From: a candidate division WOR-3 bacterium
Lineage (GTDB): Bacteria > SDB-A
Direction: 5' to 3'
DNA length: 40,126 bases
Assembly (NCBI GenBank): GCA_016934535.1
Contig: JAFGSQ010000070.1
Span: 1 to 40,126 of the forward strand
This document shows positions 1 to 8,826 of the stretch, one piece after another. The notes below the pieces were generated by a model. It made no database searches. It was not told the DNA's origin and saw only the letters and a list, made by a program, of their open reading frames with translations. Within the stretch, counting starts at the first letter, position 1; each line of letters starts with the position of its first letter. The position numbers and the translations under genes were made by a program.

Positions 1-50
1 GATCCGCAGTCAGTCGCGAGAATTGTCTTTATCTGTTCCTTCGGCTTCAT
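1..50 (-). CDS. 5' fragment of a GlmL/MutL (glutamate mutase L)-like ASKHA ATPase; runs off the window edge
   Basis: AGGAGG SD (55-60), ATG at 50, translates MKPKEQIKTILATDCGS, matching the family N-terminal 'ILATDCGSTTTK' phosphate-1 motif; not in the ORF track. Confidence 0.65.
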   Translation of the reverse strand, partial: MKPKEQIKTILATDCG

Positions 51-462
51 CAGACCTCCTTTTCCACCTGCGAAAAAAGCCTTTTTTGGAATTGCTATTT
101 TTGTTCTCTTCTTTTTTTCGTTTTTTTTCTTCTGAATATCTGGCGTCTTCTTCTTCAATGCCCTGTATTAGCTTCTCGACGTTTTCCCTGTCCTCGAAAA
201 ATGACTGCAATTCCGCGTACATTTTTGTAGGAAAAACTATCTGAACTATGGGGTCGAAAAATATCATCGCCTGACTGCCTATGAAAGACAGCGGCTTCAC
301 ACTCTCAAAAAAAACGATGGCGGGAACAGTGAGCTCCCGCCTTACAATTTCTTTTGAAAGTTTTTCGATTATGTTTTTCTTTTTCTCTTCAGAGAGTTCC
401 TTGCCAAGCGCCAGATCTTCGGGCGGATCCGCGAAAATGTTGTCGAAAAACCTTTTCCCCAT
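10..462 (-). CDS. Conserved hypothetical protein
   Basis: 150 aa ORF with a hydrophobic core (LTVPAIVFFESVKPLSFIGSQ) and a charged tail; overlaps the next gene's start. Confidence 0.75.
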   Translation of the reverse strand: MGKRFFDNIFADPPEDLALGKELSEEKKKNIIEKLSKEIVRRELTVPAIVFFESVKPLSFIGSQAMIFFDPIVQIVFPTKMYAELQSFFEDRENVEKLIQGIEEEDARYSEEKKRKKEENKNSNSKKGFFRRWKRRSDEAEGTDKDNSRD

Positions 463-519
463 TAATTCAGTGTTTTAGCTTTTCCGGGGCCGATGAAAAG
501 GTTTCGAGTATGTTTGTCA

Positions 520-1950
520 TTATTTTTGATGTCTCACTTTCAATTCTTTCGCCGCTTTTGTCTCGTCGAGTCTTCCGACAGGCGTATTGACGGGACTCTC
601 TATTATTGTCCCGGGATTCTCGCGGGAAATTCCGTCTATCTCAGTCATCATTTCAATAAAATGATCCAGCGTTTTTTTTGACTCGGTCTCTGTCGGCTCT
701 ATCATTATCGCCTCGCTGACTATGAGGGGAAAATAAATCGTCGGCGCGTGGAAACCCCTGTCGAGAATCGCCTTGGCTATGTCTAAAGTTTTTACTCCGT
801 GTTTTTTCTGCCATTCCCCTGAAAATACGGCTTCATGCATGCATGTCTTATCGTACGGCAGTTTGTAATTGTCTTTAAGAGCCACCCTGACATAGTTCGC
901 GTTTATTATCGCCGCCTCCGAAACTTCTCTCAGTCCGTCGATCCCCATCCTCAGAAGATAGCAGTAAGCTCTCAGAATGACGCCGAAATTGCCGTAGAAC
1001 GAATGAACGGGACCGATTGATTTTCCGGCTTCATTATTGAACGACCACTCTTCGCCTTTCTTTTCGACGCGCGGAACAGGCAGAAAGGCGTCGAGTTCTT
1101 TTGTTACAGCTATGCCTCCGCCGCCGGGTCCGCCGCCTCCATGAGGCGAAGAAAAAGTCTTGTGGAGGTTGAAGTGAAGAATGTCGACTCCGAGTTTCGC
1201 GGGTTTTACTATCCCGAGCAAAGCGTTGAGGTTTGCGCCATCCATGTAGACGAGCCCGCCTTTTTCGTGGACTATTTTGCAAATTTTGGCGAGGTTCTTT
1301 TCGTACAGGCCAAGCGTGTTCGGGTTCGTTATCATCACGGCGGCCGTATCATCGTCGAATTTTTCTGCGACGTCCTCCGGGGACAATATACCTTCACTTG
1401 ACGACTTCACCGTGACAACTTCATATCCAGCCAGAGCAGCTGTCGCAGGATTGGTTCCGTGCGCCGTATCGGGCACCATAATCTTCTTTCTCTGCTTTCC
1501 TTTGTCTGCAAAATACGCACGTACGATAAAAATACCCGTAAGTTCACTCTGAGCGCCTGCGACCGGCTGAAGAGTGACTGAATCGAATCCCGTAAGTTTC
1601 GCGAGAAAATCCTGCGTTTCTCCAATCACTCTGATTGCGCCTCCGGCGCATTTCCGGGGCGCATAGGGGTGAAGCGAAGCGAATTGAGGCCAGGAGGCGA
1701 CGTCTTCGTTTATCTTTGGATTGTATTTCATGGTGCACGATCCGAGAGGGTAAAGGTTTTTGTCGACGTGATAGTTCAAATTCGACAAATTGACAAAATG
1801 TCTTACCACTGCCTGCTCTCCGGGGGACGGTAGGTCAAGAGTGGCTTTGCGTCTGTATTTTTCAGGAATTTTAGTTTCTTTGCCGGCGGGAACCGGCGTG
1901 TAGTTTTCCGGTTTTGCTTGTCCTATGTCAAAAAGTACCGGCTCTCTCAT
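520..1950 (-). CDS. gcvPB: Glycine dehydrogenase (decarboxylating) subunit 2
   Basis: YPLGSCTMKYNP, AHGTNPA, YMDGANLNA and the PLP-lysine motif HFNLHKTFSSPHGGGGPG; GGAGG SD. Confidence 0.96.
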   Translation of the reverse strand: MREPVLFDIGQAKPENYTPVPAGKETKIPEKYRRKATLDLPSPGEQAVVRHFVNLSNLNYHVDKNLYPLGSCTMKYNPKINEDVASWPQFASLHPYAPRKCAGGAIRVIGETQDFLAKLTGFDSVTLQPVAGAQSELTGIFIVRAYFADKGKQRKKIMVPDTAHGTNPATAALAGYEVVTVKSSSEGILSPEDVAEKFDDDTAAVMITNPNTLGLYEKNLAKICKIVHEKGGLVYMDGANLNALLGIVKPAKLGVDILHFNLHKTFSSPHGGGGPGGGGIAVTKELDAFLPVPRVEKKGEEWSFNNEAGKSIGPVHSFYGNFGVILRAYCYLLRMGIDGLREVSEAAIINANYVRVALKDNYKLPYDKTCMHEAVFSGEWQKKHGVKTLDIAKAILDRGFHAPTIYFPLIVSEAIMIEPTETESKKTLDHFIEMMTEIDGISRENPGTIIESPVNTPVGRLDETKAAKELKVRHQK

Positions 1951-2156
1951 TTAACCTCCGCTGACGATGACTAAAATAGAAAATCAATCATATAAACAAC
2001 GAAATCATATATGAAAAAACAACGTAAAATATTACATCATCGGGTCTAATAACTCAATTCGATTTTTTATCCCCAAAATTATCGCAAAAGTTATGAAAAA
2101 AATAATTTCTTGTTAAAGCTTCGTGGAACCATAACAACAAAACAAGAGATATCCAC

Positions 2157-2226
2157 CACGAAGGAACAATTGACTACAATTGTTCTTCACGAAGGGGAAA
2201 TTGTATACAATTTCCCTACACGAAGG
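2157..2226. repeat. Tandem 31-bp-period palindromic repeat (REP-like)
   Basis: CACGAAGG at 2157, 2188 and 2219; units 1 and 2 contain hairpins GAACAATTG-ACTA-CAATTGTTC and GGGAAATTGTATACAATTTCCC. Confidence 0.8.
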
Positions 2227-2259
2227 GTATTTTCGGTATTATTTTGTAAACAAAAAAAA

Positions 2260-4263
2260 CTAACTACGACCGGCGATTATTTCCTTGAGTTTTTTTACTC
2301 TGTCCCTCAAAACAGCCGCCCTTTCGAACTCCAATTCTTCCGCCGCTTTTTTCATCTCTTTTACGAGCCCTTCTATCTTTTCTATTAGATCTATCCTGCT
2401 CATGCCTTCGGTCGGCTCTTCGGGATAGCCGCCCGCAGGTTTTTTCTCTCTGACCTCGGCAATGGACGTCGCCGCCAGTATTTCTTCACGCGTCTTGACT
2501 ATGGATTTCGGGATTATCTTGTGCTCCCTGTTGAAACCTTCCTGTATCTTTCTTCTCCTTTTTGTTTCTGCAAGTGCTCTCGCCATGGAATCCGTTATCT
2601 CGTCGGCGAAAAGAATTACCTTGCCGCAAAGATTTCTCGCGGCTCTTCCCGCGGTCTGAACCAGGGAAGTTTCGCTCCTGAGAAAACCTTCCCTGTCGGC
2701 GTCGAGTATCATGACAAGACCGACCTCGGGGAGATCGAGACCTTCTCTAAGGAGGTTGACGCCGACAATGACGTCGAAATCCCCGAGCCTGAGCGACCTC
2801 AGTATCTCAACCCTGTCGAGTGATTTTATCTCCGAATGAAGATAAGCCACTCTCATGTCTTCCCCCTTAAGAAAATCGGCGAATTCTTCCGCGGATTTTT
2901 TTGTCAGCGTCGTTATTATTACTCTTTCACCTCTGCCGACTGTTTCCTTGGCTTTTTCGAGTATAACGTCTATCTGTCCCTTTGTTGGACATATTTCGAT
3001 AACGGGATCGACGATACCCGTCGGCCGCGCAATCAGTTCGATCGTGTTTTTCGGCCCGGCTCTTTCTCTCTCATAAAGCGCGGGCGTGGCCGACATGTAG
3101 AGAGTCGTCTGAGCAAGCTGTCTGAATTCTTCGAACTTCAAAGGCCTGTTGTCGAGAGCAGAAGGCAGGCGAAAACCGAATTCGATTAGAGTTTCTTTTC
3201 TCGACCTGTCTCCATGCTCCATTGCCCTTATCTGGGGAATGGTCGCGTGCGATTCGTCAATTACTACCAAAAAATCATCGGGAAAGTAATCTATCAGACA
3301 CCAGGGTTTGGATCCGAGAGGTCTTCCGGACAGATGCCTCGAATAGTTTTCTATACCCTGGCAGTATCCGAAGTTCTCTATCATCTCGATGTCCGATAAA
3401 GTCCTCTGCTCGAGTCTTTGCGCTTCAAGGTCTCTTCCTGATTTCTTGAAATATTCCTTCCTCTCGGCCAGCTCAATCCTTATACTTTCGATGGCTTTCG
3501 GTATGCTGTCTTTTTCTATAAGATACTGTTTTGCGGGGAAAATCACCGCTTCATCGGTCTCACCCGCCGTCCTGAAATCCGGATACGAAATGACGTTTAT
3601 TTTGTCTATGCCGTCGCCGAAGAATTCAAATCTCAGGAACTGTTTTGTTTCATAAGCGGGATAGACGTCCATGACGTCGCCTTTTATTCTGAACGTACCC
3701 GGTCCTGTTTCAATTTCGTTTCTCGAGTAATGAATGTCTATCAGCTTCCTCGCGAATTTCTGCGGAGTCAGTTTTTCTCCTTTTTTGAGGACCAGTGTCC
3801 CCGCTTTGAATACTTCAGGGGAGCCGATGTTGTAGATGCAGGAAACCGAAGCCACAACAATCACGTCCCTTCTCGACACAACGGAAGCCGTGGCTTTGAG
3901 GCGCAAACGGTCTATCGCCTCGTTTACGCTGGCGTCTTTGGCTATGTATGTGTCGGTCTGGGGAAGATAGGCTTCGGGCTGATAATAATCGTAGTAGCTT
4001 ATGAAATACTCCACGGCGTTGTCGGGAAAAAAGCACGAGAGTTCTGCGTATATCTGAGCGGCGAGTGTCTTGTTGTGTGATATAACGAGGACAGGTCTTT
4101 GAATATTTTTTATGACGTTTGCGAGGACGAACGTTTTGCCGGATCCTGTCACGCCGAGCAGAACTGCTTCTTTCCTGCCGCTGTCAAAAAGATTTGTGAT
4201 TTCTTCTATCGCTTTCGGCTGGCCTCCGGTCGGTTTCATTTCTGCTGTCAAATTGAATTTCAT
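2260..4263 (-). CDS. uvrB: Excinuclease ABC subunit B
   Basis: GVTGSGKT, HNKTLAAQ, YYDYYQPEAY, DESH, GRAARN and C-terminal LEFERAA..RD; start moved to ATG 4263 after an AGGAGA SD. Confidence 0.98.
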   Translation of the reverse strand: MKFNLTAEMKPTGGQPKAIEEITNLFDSGRKEAVLLGVTGSGKTFVLANVIKNIQRPVLVISHNKTLAAQIYAELSCFFPDNAVEYFISYYDYYQPEAYLPQTDTYIAKDASVNEAIDRLRLKATASVVSRRDVIVVASVSCIYNIGSPEVFKAGTLVLKKGEKLTPQKFARKLIDIHYSRNEIETGPGTFRIKGDVMDVYPAYETKQFLRFEFFGDGIDKINVISYPDFRTAGETDEAVIFPAKQYLIEKDSIPKAIESIRIELAERKEYFKKSGRDLEAQRLEQRTLSDIEMIENFGYCQGIENYSRHLSGRPLGSKPWCLIDYFPDDFLVVIDESHATIPQIRAMEHGDRSRKETLIEFGFRLPSALDNRPLKFEEFRQLAQTTLYMSATPALYERERAGPKNTIELIARPTGIVDPVIEICPTKGQIDVILEKAKETVGRGERVIITTLTKKSAEEFADFLKGEDMRVAYLHSEIKSLDRVEILRSLRLGDFDVIVGVNLLREGLDLPEVGLVMILDADREGFLRSETSLVQTAGRAARNLCGKVILFADEITDSMARALAETKRRRKIQEGFNREHKIIPKSIVKTREEILAATSIAEVREKKPAGGYPEEPTEGMSRIDLIEKIEGLVKEMKKAAEELEFERAAVLRDRVKKLKEIIAGRS

Positions 4264-4267
4264 CCTG

Positions 4268-6043
4268 TCATCTCCTGATTTTTCTTTCCGCCAAAAACCA
4301 CGCAAATATCGCCGCTGCGCATATCAGCATAGCCACGGGAAAAAAGTCGTGAATAAAAATCTTTTGCACTGATTCCGTTTCAGTGTGACGAAGCGAATTT
4401 GTGAAAGAGTCCAGATCCAAAACGGACGCGTTTATCAACCGCACAGCGAGACTTTCAGGCACAAATCTTTCTTCGACCGTAAATACAGCTGAATCCACAA
4501 GATCGAAGATTCCGGCTTCGATAAGGTGAGTCCCTTCTTTGACGCCCGTCAGAAAATAATGATGAGTTTCGCCGTCTTTTCCCGCAGGAGATACTTCTCT
4601 GCCGTCGATCTTGACCTCCGGCATTTCCGGGGAATCAATCCAGAAATAAACCGCTTCGTCGGTGAAAAAACCTTTTTTTGGCAACGAAATCCTCAGCGAT
4701 TCAAATTGCCTGCTTTGAGTCCAAAGGACTACTGCTTCGAGAAATTCTTTCGCAAAATCTCTCGCCTCTCCTCCGTCAAAATACCATTTTACAAGGCATT
4801 GAGACGGCATCGTCAACAAAAAACAACCTCTCCTGCTCTCCACAGAGAGAATGGCTTCAGTACCGGACCCGATAAGAACGGTTTTGCCTGAACCCGGGTG
4901 AATCGAAGCGTATGCTGTTACTCCGGACAAAACGAGCCTTTCTGTAAGTTCGTGTTTTTTTCCCATATCGGTTAAAAAAATTATCTCTGGTGTAGCGCCG
5001 CCGGGCGTTCGTCTTTCTTTTACGAGCCAAAAGACAACCGAGCCGTTTCTCCAGTTATAGCGGCTTTCGAACGGGTTTTCGCCGGAAATCCACAGGACTA
5101 GCGAGTACTTTTGAGGTTCGAACTCTGTTTTTACGGCTCTTTCCAGGCCGTCTTCAAAAACAAGCGAACCTTCACCGAGACCTTCCGTATAAACCGACAA
5201 ATTCACCCGAAAATTCCCTGCGAGCAATCTTCTCGCCGAAGCCACCGCCGGATCCGGTTCAGAAGCATAAATAACGGCCTGAACTGCGTTTTCTCCGGCG
5301 CAATAATCGAAATGGCCGCTGTCCATGGATGTCGCAAAAACCATTCTGTGATTCCCTTTTGCTCTCTCATAAACAGTGTAAACAAAGCTTTTCGAAGCGA
5401 ATGGCTCAAGTTCTGTCATTATGCTGTCGGTTATAATTCCGTCTCTTGAAACAAAAACAGTCTCCGAACAGAATGGCCCAGCGTTGGATAAGGTGACGAC
5501 AACGCTCACGGTGTCTCCGGGAAGAATTCTTTCCGTACCGCCTGTGACTGACAAGAATGTCCTCTTTTCAGTCTTCAGAAGAAAAACGAGTGATTCTGCC
5601 GAAAGAGCGACATCCGATGAAAAAGCGTCCAGAGGGAACTTATCCGCCAATACAAAAATCTTTCCTCTGAAAATTCCTTCGGCTTTGGAATACACAAAAA
5701 GAGATTTTGGAGTTATCACACCTGAAAAATCCGTTTCCTGTTTAAATTCAGCGAAAGATAAAAAAGTGTCTTCGCCAAAAAAAAATATCCTGTCTTCACC
5801 GAATGCTTTTATTAAAGAATCAGAATATTCGAAAAACAGATCCTTGTTCCGGGCGTCGATGAAAAGAACGGGAAATATTTTTATCTTTTCGGTTTTTTTG
5901 AAAATTTTCCCGGAAAAAATTATAGTTGAAATGACAACAAAATACAAAATCGCCCTGACGGCGAATTCCGGATTAAATTTCCGGTTAACCGCCAATGAAG
6001 CCGCGATTGAAAACAAAAAGGCGGCGGCAAAATAAACGATCAT
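4268..6043 (-). CDS. Hypothetical membrane-anchored protein (N- and C-terminal TM helices, central Ig/CARDB-like beta segments)
   Basis: 591 aa ORF with hydrophobic termini and a 'PGDTVSVVVTLSNAG' CARDB-like segment; overlaps the upstream gene. Confidence 0.7.
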   Translation of the reverse strand: MIVYFAAAFLFSIAASLAVNRKFNPEFAVRAILYFVVISTIIFSGKIFKKTEKIKIFPVLFIDARNKDLFFEYSDSLIKAFGEDRIFFFGEDTFLSFAEFKQETDFSGVITPKSLFVYSKAEGIFRGKIFVLADKFPLDAFSSDVALSAESLVFLLKTEKRTFLSVTGGTERILPGDTVSVVVTLSNAGPFCSETVFVSRDGIITDSIMTELEPFASKSFVYTVYERAKGNHRMVFATSMDSGHFDYCAGENAVQAVIYASEPDPAVASARRLLAGNFRVNLSVYTEGLGEGSLVFEDGLERAVKTEFEPQKYSLVLWISGENPFESRYNWRNGSVVFWLVKERRTPGGATPEIIFLTDMGKKHELTERLVLSGVTAYASIHPGSGKTVLIGSGTEAILSVESRRGCFLLTMPSQCLVKWYFDGGEARDFAKEFLEAVVLWTQSRQFESLRISLPKKGFFTDEAVYFWIDSPEMPEVKIDGREVSPAGKDGETHHYFLTGVKEGTHLIEAGIFDLVDSAVFTVEERFVPESLAVRLINASVLDLDSFTNSLRHTETESVQKIFIHDFFPVAMLICAAAIFAWFLAERKIRR

Positions 6044-7068
6044 TTCACTATTCTTAAAATGAATTCTTTCACATCGTAGGTTAACATGGGAATGTCTTCT
6101 TCGTTAAGCTCGACGAAAGTTTCCGGCAGTGACGAATCGGCTGTAAAAAGAGCGGATCCCTCCGTCTTTAAGCTGTCGTAATCTGCGGAAAAGGCGATCG
6201 CCCTGTAATTCCCCTGTTCGAGAAACGGAACGCTGTACCTTCCTCCGCTTGCCGGGACAAAGTCTATCAATTCAAAAGAATCTCCTGTTACGGCAAAAAA
6301 ACCTTCAAAAGATGAATCCGGGAAATATAAAGTAATGTTTCTCGCAAGACCTTTTATACCGCGGACGACCCTGAAATTCCCGAAACCGGCCATTTCGTTT
6401 CCGGCGATGTCGGAAAATCCCGCAAGCATGACAGAATACAATCTCTTCCTGCTCTCAAAAGTGTCCGCCTCGGGTGGAAAAGTGATTTTAAATTGTGTGT
6501 AATCCGTGCTGAATTCGCTTAAAAAGCCCAATTCCGAGTTCCCTGCTATATACAGATGATTTTCGGGCGAAGAAGCGTCTACAGGTTCTGAAAATAAAGC
6601 CACTACTGCAGAATCCAGCGATCCGTTCAGATCGTAGAGCCCCGGTTCGACAGAGACGAGTACGGGAGGAGTCGTGTCGAGAGCCGACGAGCCGATAAAT
6701 GTCTTTTCAACGGGTCTTATGTAATTGCCGGAAGCATCGGCAATGCTTTCACAGGTCAAAATGTATTCGACGGTGTCAGTTTCATGCGTCGTCAGATGCG
6801 CTACAATGTCGTCAGATCCGAGAACGGCCGCTATAACGGGAATTGTCTCTCCGGTCACTGCATCGGTTATCCTGAACTGTGACGCAGAGACAAAGGATTC
6901 TCTTGACATTTTTTCCGAAAAAACACAGTCAACATGGTTCCTGTCTACAGCTGTTACTCCGGCTATTTTCGGAGCCCACCTGTCAGGGCTTGTAGGAAGA
7001 GCTCTCCTTCCGCAAGAGTGAAAAGCGATTACGGCCGACAGGACAAGCAAGAACTTTTTCATTTTCAT
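6040..7068 (-). CDS. Lipoprotein with bacterial Ig-like (Big_5-like) domains
   Basis: Signal peptide ending FHSC; repeated 'FSE.(M/V)', 'D.xGN' and 'DTTPP' Ig-like motifs. Confidence 0.75.
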   Translation of the reverse strand: MKMKKFLLVLSAVIAFHSCGRRALPTSPDRWAPKIAGVTAVDRNHVDCVFSEKMSRESFVSASQFRITDAVTGETIPVIAAVLGSDDIVAHLTTHETDTVEYILTCESIADASGNYIRPVEKTFIGSSALDTTPPVLVSVEPGLYDLNGSLDSAVVALFSEPVDASSPENHLYIAGNSELGFLSEFSTDYTQFKITFPPEADTFESRKRLYSVMLAGFSDIAGNEMAGFGNFRVVRGIKGLARNITLYFPDSSFEGFFAVTGDSFELIDFVPASGGRYSVPFLEQGNYRAIAFSADYDSLKTEGSALFTADSSLPETFVELNEEDIPMLTYDVKEFILRIVK

Positions 7069-7721
7069 ATACCGAGAATAACCTTCGAAACAAATTCGAC
7101 AGCGACAAAAAACGGTCTTCTCAAAACAATAAAAACAATCATCAGTAAAAATATCCCCGCGAATCCGTTTATGGACAGATATTTTTCCCGCGTTCTGCCT
7201 TTAAGCAAGAAAGCTAAAATTTTAGAACCGTCCAGAGGTGGAATAGGCAAAAGGTTGACGAACGCTAGCATAATATTTATAAGTACGAAAATCTGAAGTA
7301 GCTGAAACGAAATCCTGAAAATATTAGCGTATTGTTCCACGGGGAACTGAAATCGTGATACGGCAAAAAAAAGAGCTCTGAAAAATATACCGGCTACTAC
7401 AGCCATGGCGATATTTGAAGCCGGACCCGCGGCGGCGACCAGAGGCAGGTCCTTTTCGGGGTTTTTCAGGTTGATCGGATTCACAGGAACCGGTTTTGCC
7501 GCGGCGAAAATGAAAGGCGACCTCGTGAACACGAGAAAAAGAGGAAGCAGTATGCTCATGAAAGGGTCTATGTGAGGCAAAGGGTTGAGAGTCAGCCTGC
7601 CGGACTGTTTTGCCGTCGGGTCTCCCCTCCAGAGAGCGGCGAGTCCGTGAAACACTTCATGCACTACGGCTGAAAAAAGAAGAACAATCAACTGCATCAC
7701 CAGCACGGCGGGATCATTCAT
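7065..7721 (-). CDS. Site-2 protease family (M50) intramembrane metalloprotease
   Basis: HEVFH zinc motif, AAAGP and NLLPIPPLDG; start at ATG 7721 after GGAGA. Confidence 0.93.
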   Translation of the reverse strand: MNDPAVLVMQLIVLLFSAVVHEVFHGLAALWRGDPTAKQSGRLTLNPLPHIDPFMSILLPLFLVFTRSPFIFAAAKPVPVNPINLKNPEKDLPLVAAAGPASNIAMAVVAGIFFRALFFAVSRFQFPVEQYANIFRISFQLLQIFVLINIMLAFVNLLPIPPLDGSKILAFLLKGRTREKYLSINGFAGIFLLMIVFIVLRRPFFVAVEFVSKVILGI

Positions 7722-8697
7722 CTTTTCTCCCGAGGTTGGCGAGCCTGACATTTTCGAGAGGCCATATTTTCTGCTGGCTCCATTTGCCCGGTTTTATCTT
7801 TTCGATTTCTTCGCTGATTATCTGCATTCTCGACTCGAGATAATCAATAAGATGGACAAGCCAGGCTTCCGCAGTTTTTGGAGGCTGAGGCGAACCGTAT
7901 TCCCTTTTTCCGTGATGAGACAGCACAACGTGCAGAAGATTTTTCATTTGCACTGACAGTTCTGCCGTTTGGTTGTTCAGCGCTTCATTTTGTATCATCG
8001 CGGCGCCCATGTATATGTGGCCGAAAAGTTCTCCCGAATCGGTCACGGCCGGAGTTCCCCCTCTTTTGAGGGAATATTCGCTTATTTTTCCGATGTCGTG
8101 AAGGATTATACCGGCCACTACAACGTCCCTGTCAGTGAAAGTGTACAGTTCTTCCATTCCCTCATGAATCTTGAGCATCCTCCAAAGATGTTCGAGCAGG
8201 CCTCCAAGATAAGGATGGTGTATTTCCACCGAAGCCGGTGAAGATTTAAGTTCGTCAGCGTAGTCCTGAACAAGCTTTAACGTCAATTCCCTGATGTCTT
8301 TGGCCGAAATCGTTTCTGCTCTTTCGACAGCGTAATTGAACATTTCCTCTATGTTCAACGAAGTTGCTTTTATAAGTTTAACCGGATCGTAATCGTCGTC
8401 GGACGATTGAGCCGCCCTGACAGTCATTATTCTCACCTGCATATCTCCCTGATACTCGTTCAGAGATCCTTCTATCCTGATGTGGCTGCCTTCCGGGATT
8501 TTTTCCAATAAGGAGTAAAGCGGGTCATTTCCGTATACCGGTGCGGCGTTTATCTCTCCCGTGCCGTCGCCCAATACCGCCTGAAGCGACTTCCAGGGAT
8601 TCTGCCCCTCGCCCTGTCTGTATTTGAGTTTCCTGAGTACAGCATAGAAAAAAACCTGATCAAGTTTACCCGAGGTTTTTGCGCTTTTTATGTCCAA
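7714..8697 (-). CDS. YhaM/Cbf1-like 3'-5' exoribonuclease (OB fold + HD domain)
   Basis: N-terminal OB fold (LGDGTGEI); HH..GGLLEH, LHDIGK, GHI and SHHG..EYGSP motifs; TTG start with GAGGA SD. Confidence 0.88.
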   Translation of the reverse strand: MDIKSAKTSGKLDQVFFYAVLRKLKYRQGEGQNPWKSLQAVLGDGTGEINAAPVYGNDPLYSLLEKIPEGSHIRIEGSLNEYQGDMQVRIMTVRAAQSSDDDYDPVKLIKATSLNIEEMFNYAVERAETISAKDIRELTLKLVQDYADELKSSPASVEIHHPYLGGLLEHLWRMLKIHEGMEELYTFTDRDVVVAGIILHDIGKISEYSLKRGGTPAVTDSGELFGHIYMGAAMIQNEALNNQTAELSVQMKNLLHVVLSHHGKREYGSPQPPKTAEAWLVHLIDYLESRMQIISEEIEKIKPGKWSQQKIWPLENVRLANLGRKDE

Positions 8698-8709
8698 ATC
8701 AACATCCTC

Positions 8710-8738
8710 TTGACTTGACTTTCAATATTTAGGATAAT
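8710..8738 (+). promoter_or_regulatory. sigma70-type promoter for tRNA-Met
   Basis: TTGACT (8710-8715) - 17 bp - GATAAT (8733-8738), 12 bp before the tRNA. Confidence 0.65.
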
Positions 8739-8750
8739 TCATTTTTTTCC

Positions 8751-8824
8751 GGCGGCATAGCTCAGTAGGTTAGAGCAGTGGAATCATAATCCACGTGTCC
8801 GGGGTTCGACTCCCTGTGCCGCCA
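8751..8824 (+). tRNA. tRNA-Met (CAT), elongator type; CCA not encoded
   Basis: Acceptor GGCGGCA/TGCCGCC, D arm GCTC/GAGC, anticodon stem GTGGA/TCCAC with loop ATCATAA, T loop TTCGACT; G1-C72 is paired and there is no GGG/CCC anticodon stem, so not initiator (Ile2 not fully excluded). Confidence 0.92.
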
Positions 8825-8826
8825 CA

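Noticed and set aside
2157-2226. Possible mini-CRISPR array
   Set aside because: The constant part is only 8 bp, the 'spacers' are related palindromes, the 31-bp period is too short, and no cas genes are present.
1951-2259. Glycine riboswitch upstream of gcvPB
   Set aside because: The region is very AT-rich and lacks recognisable GGAGA / CCGAAG / CTCTCAGG aptamer motifs on the minus strand.
2110-2388. 92-aa plus-strand ORF
   Set aside because: It spans the palindromic repeat and the antisense uvrB end, has no SD, and resembles no protein family.
8751-8824. tRNA as an integration site of a genomic island
   Set aside because: No integrase and no duplicated tRNA 3' end were seen; the flanks are core genes.
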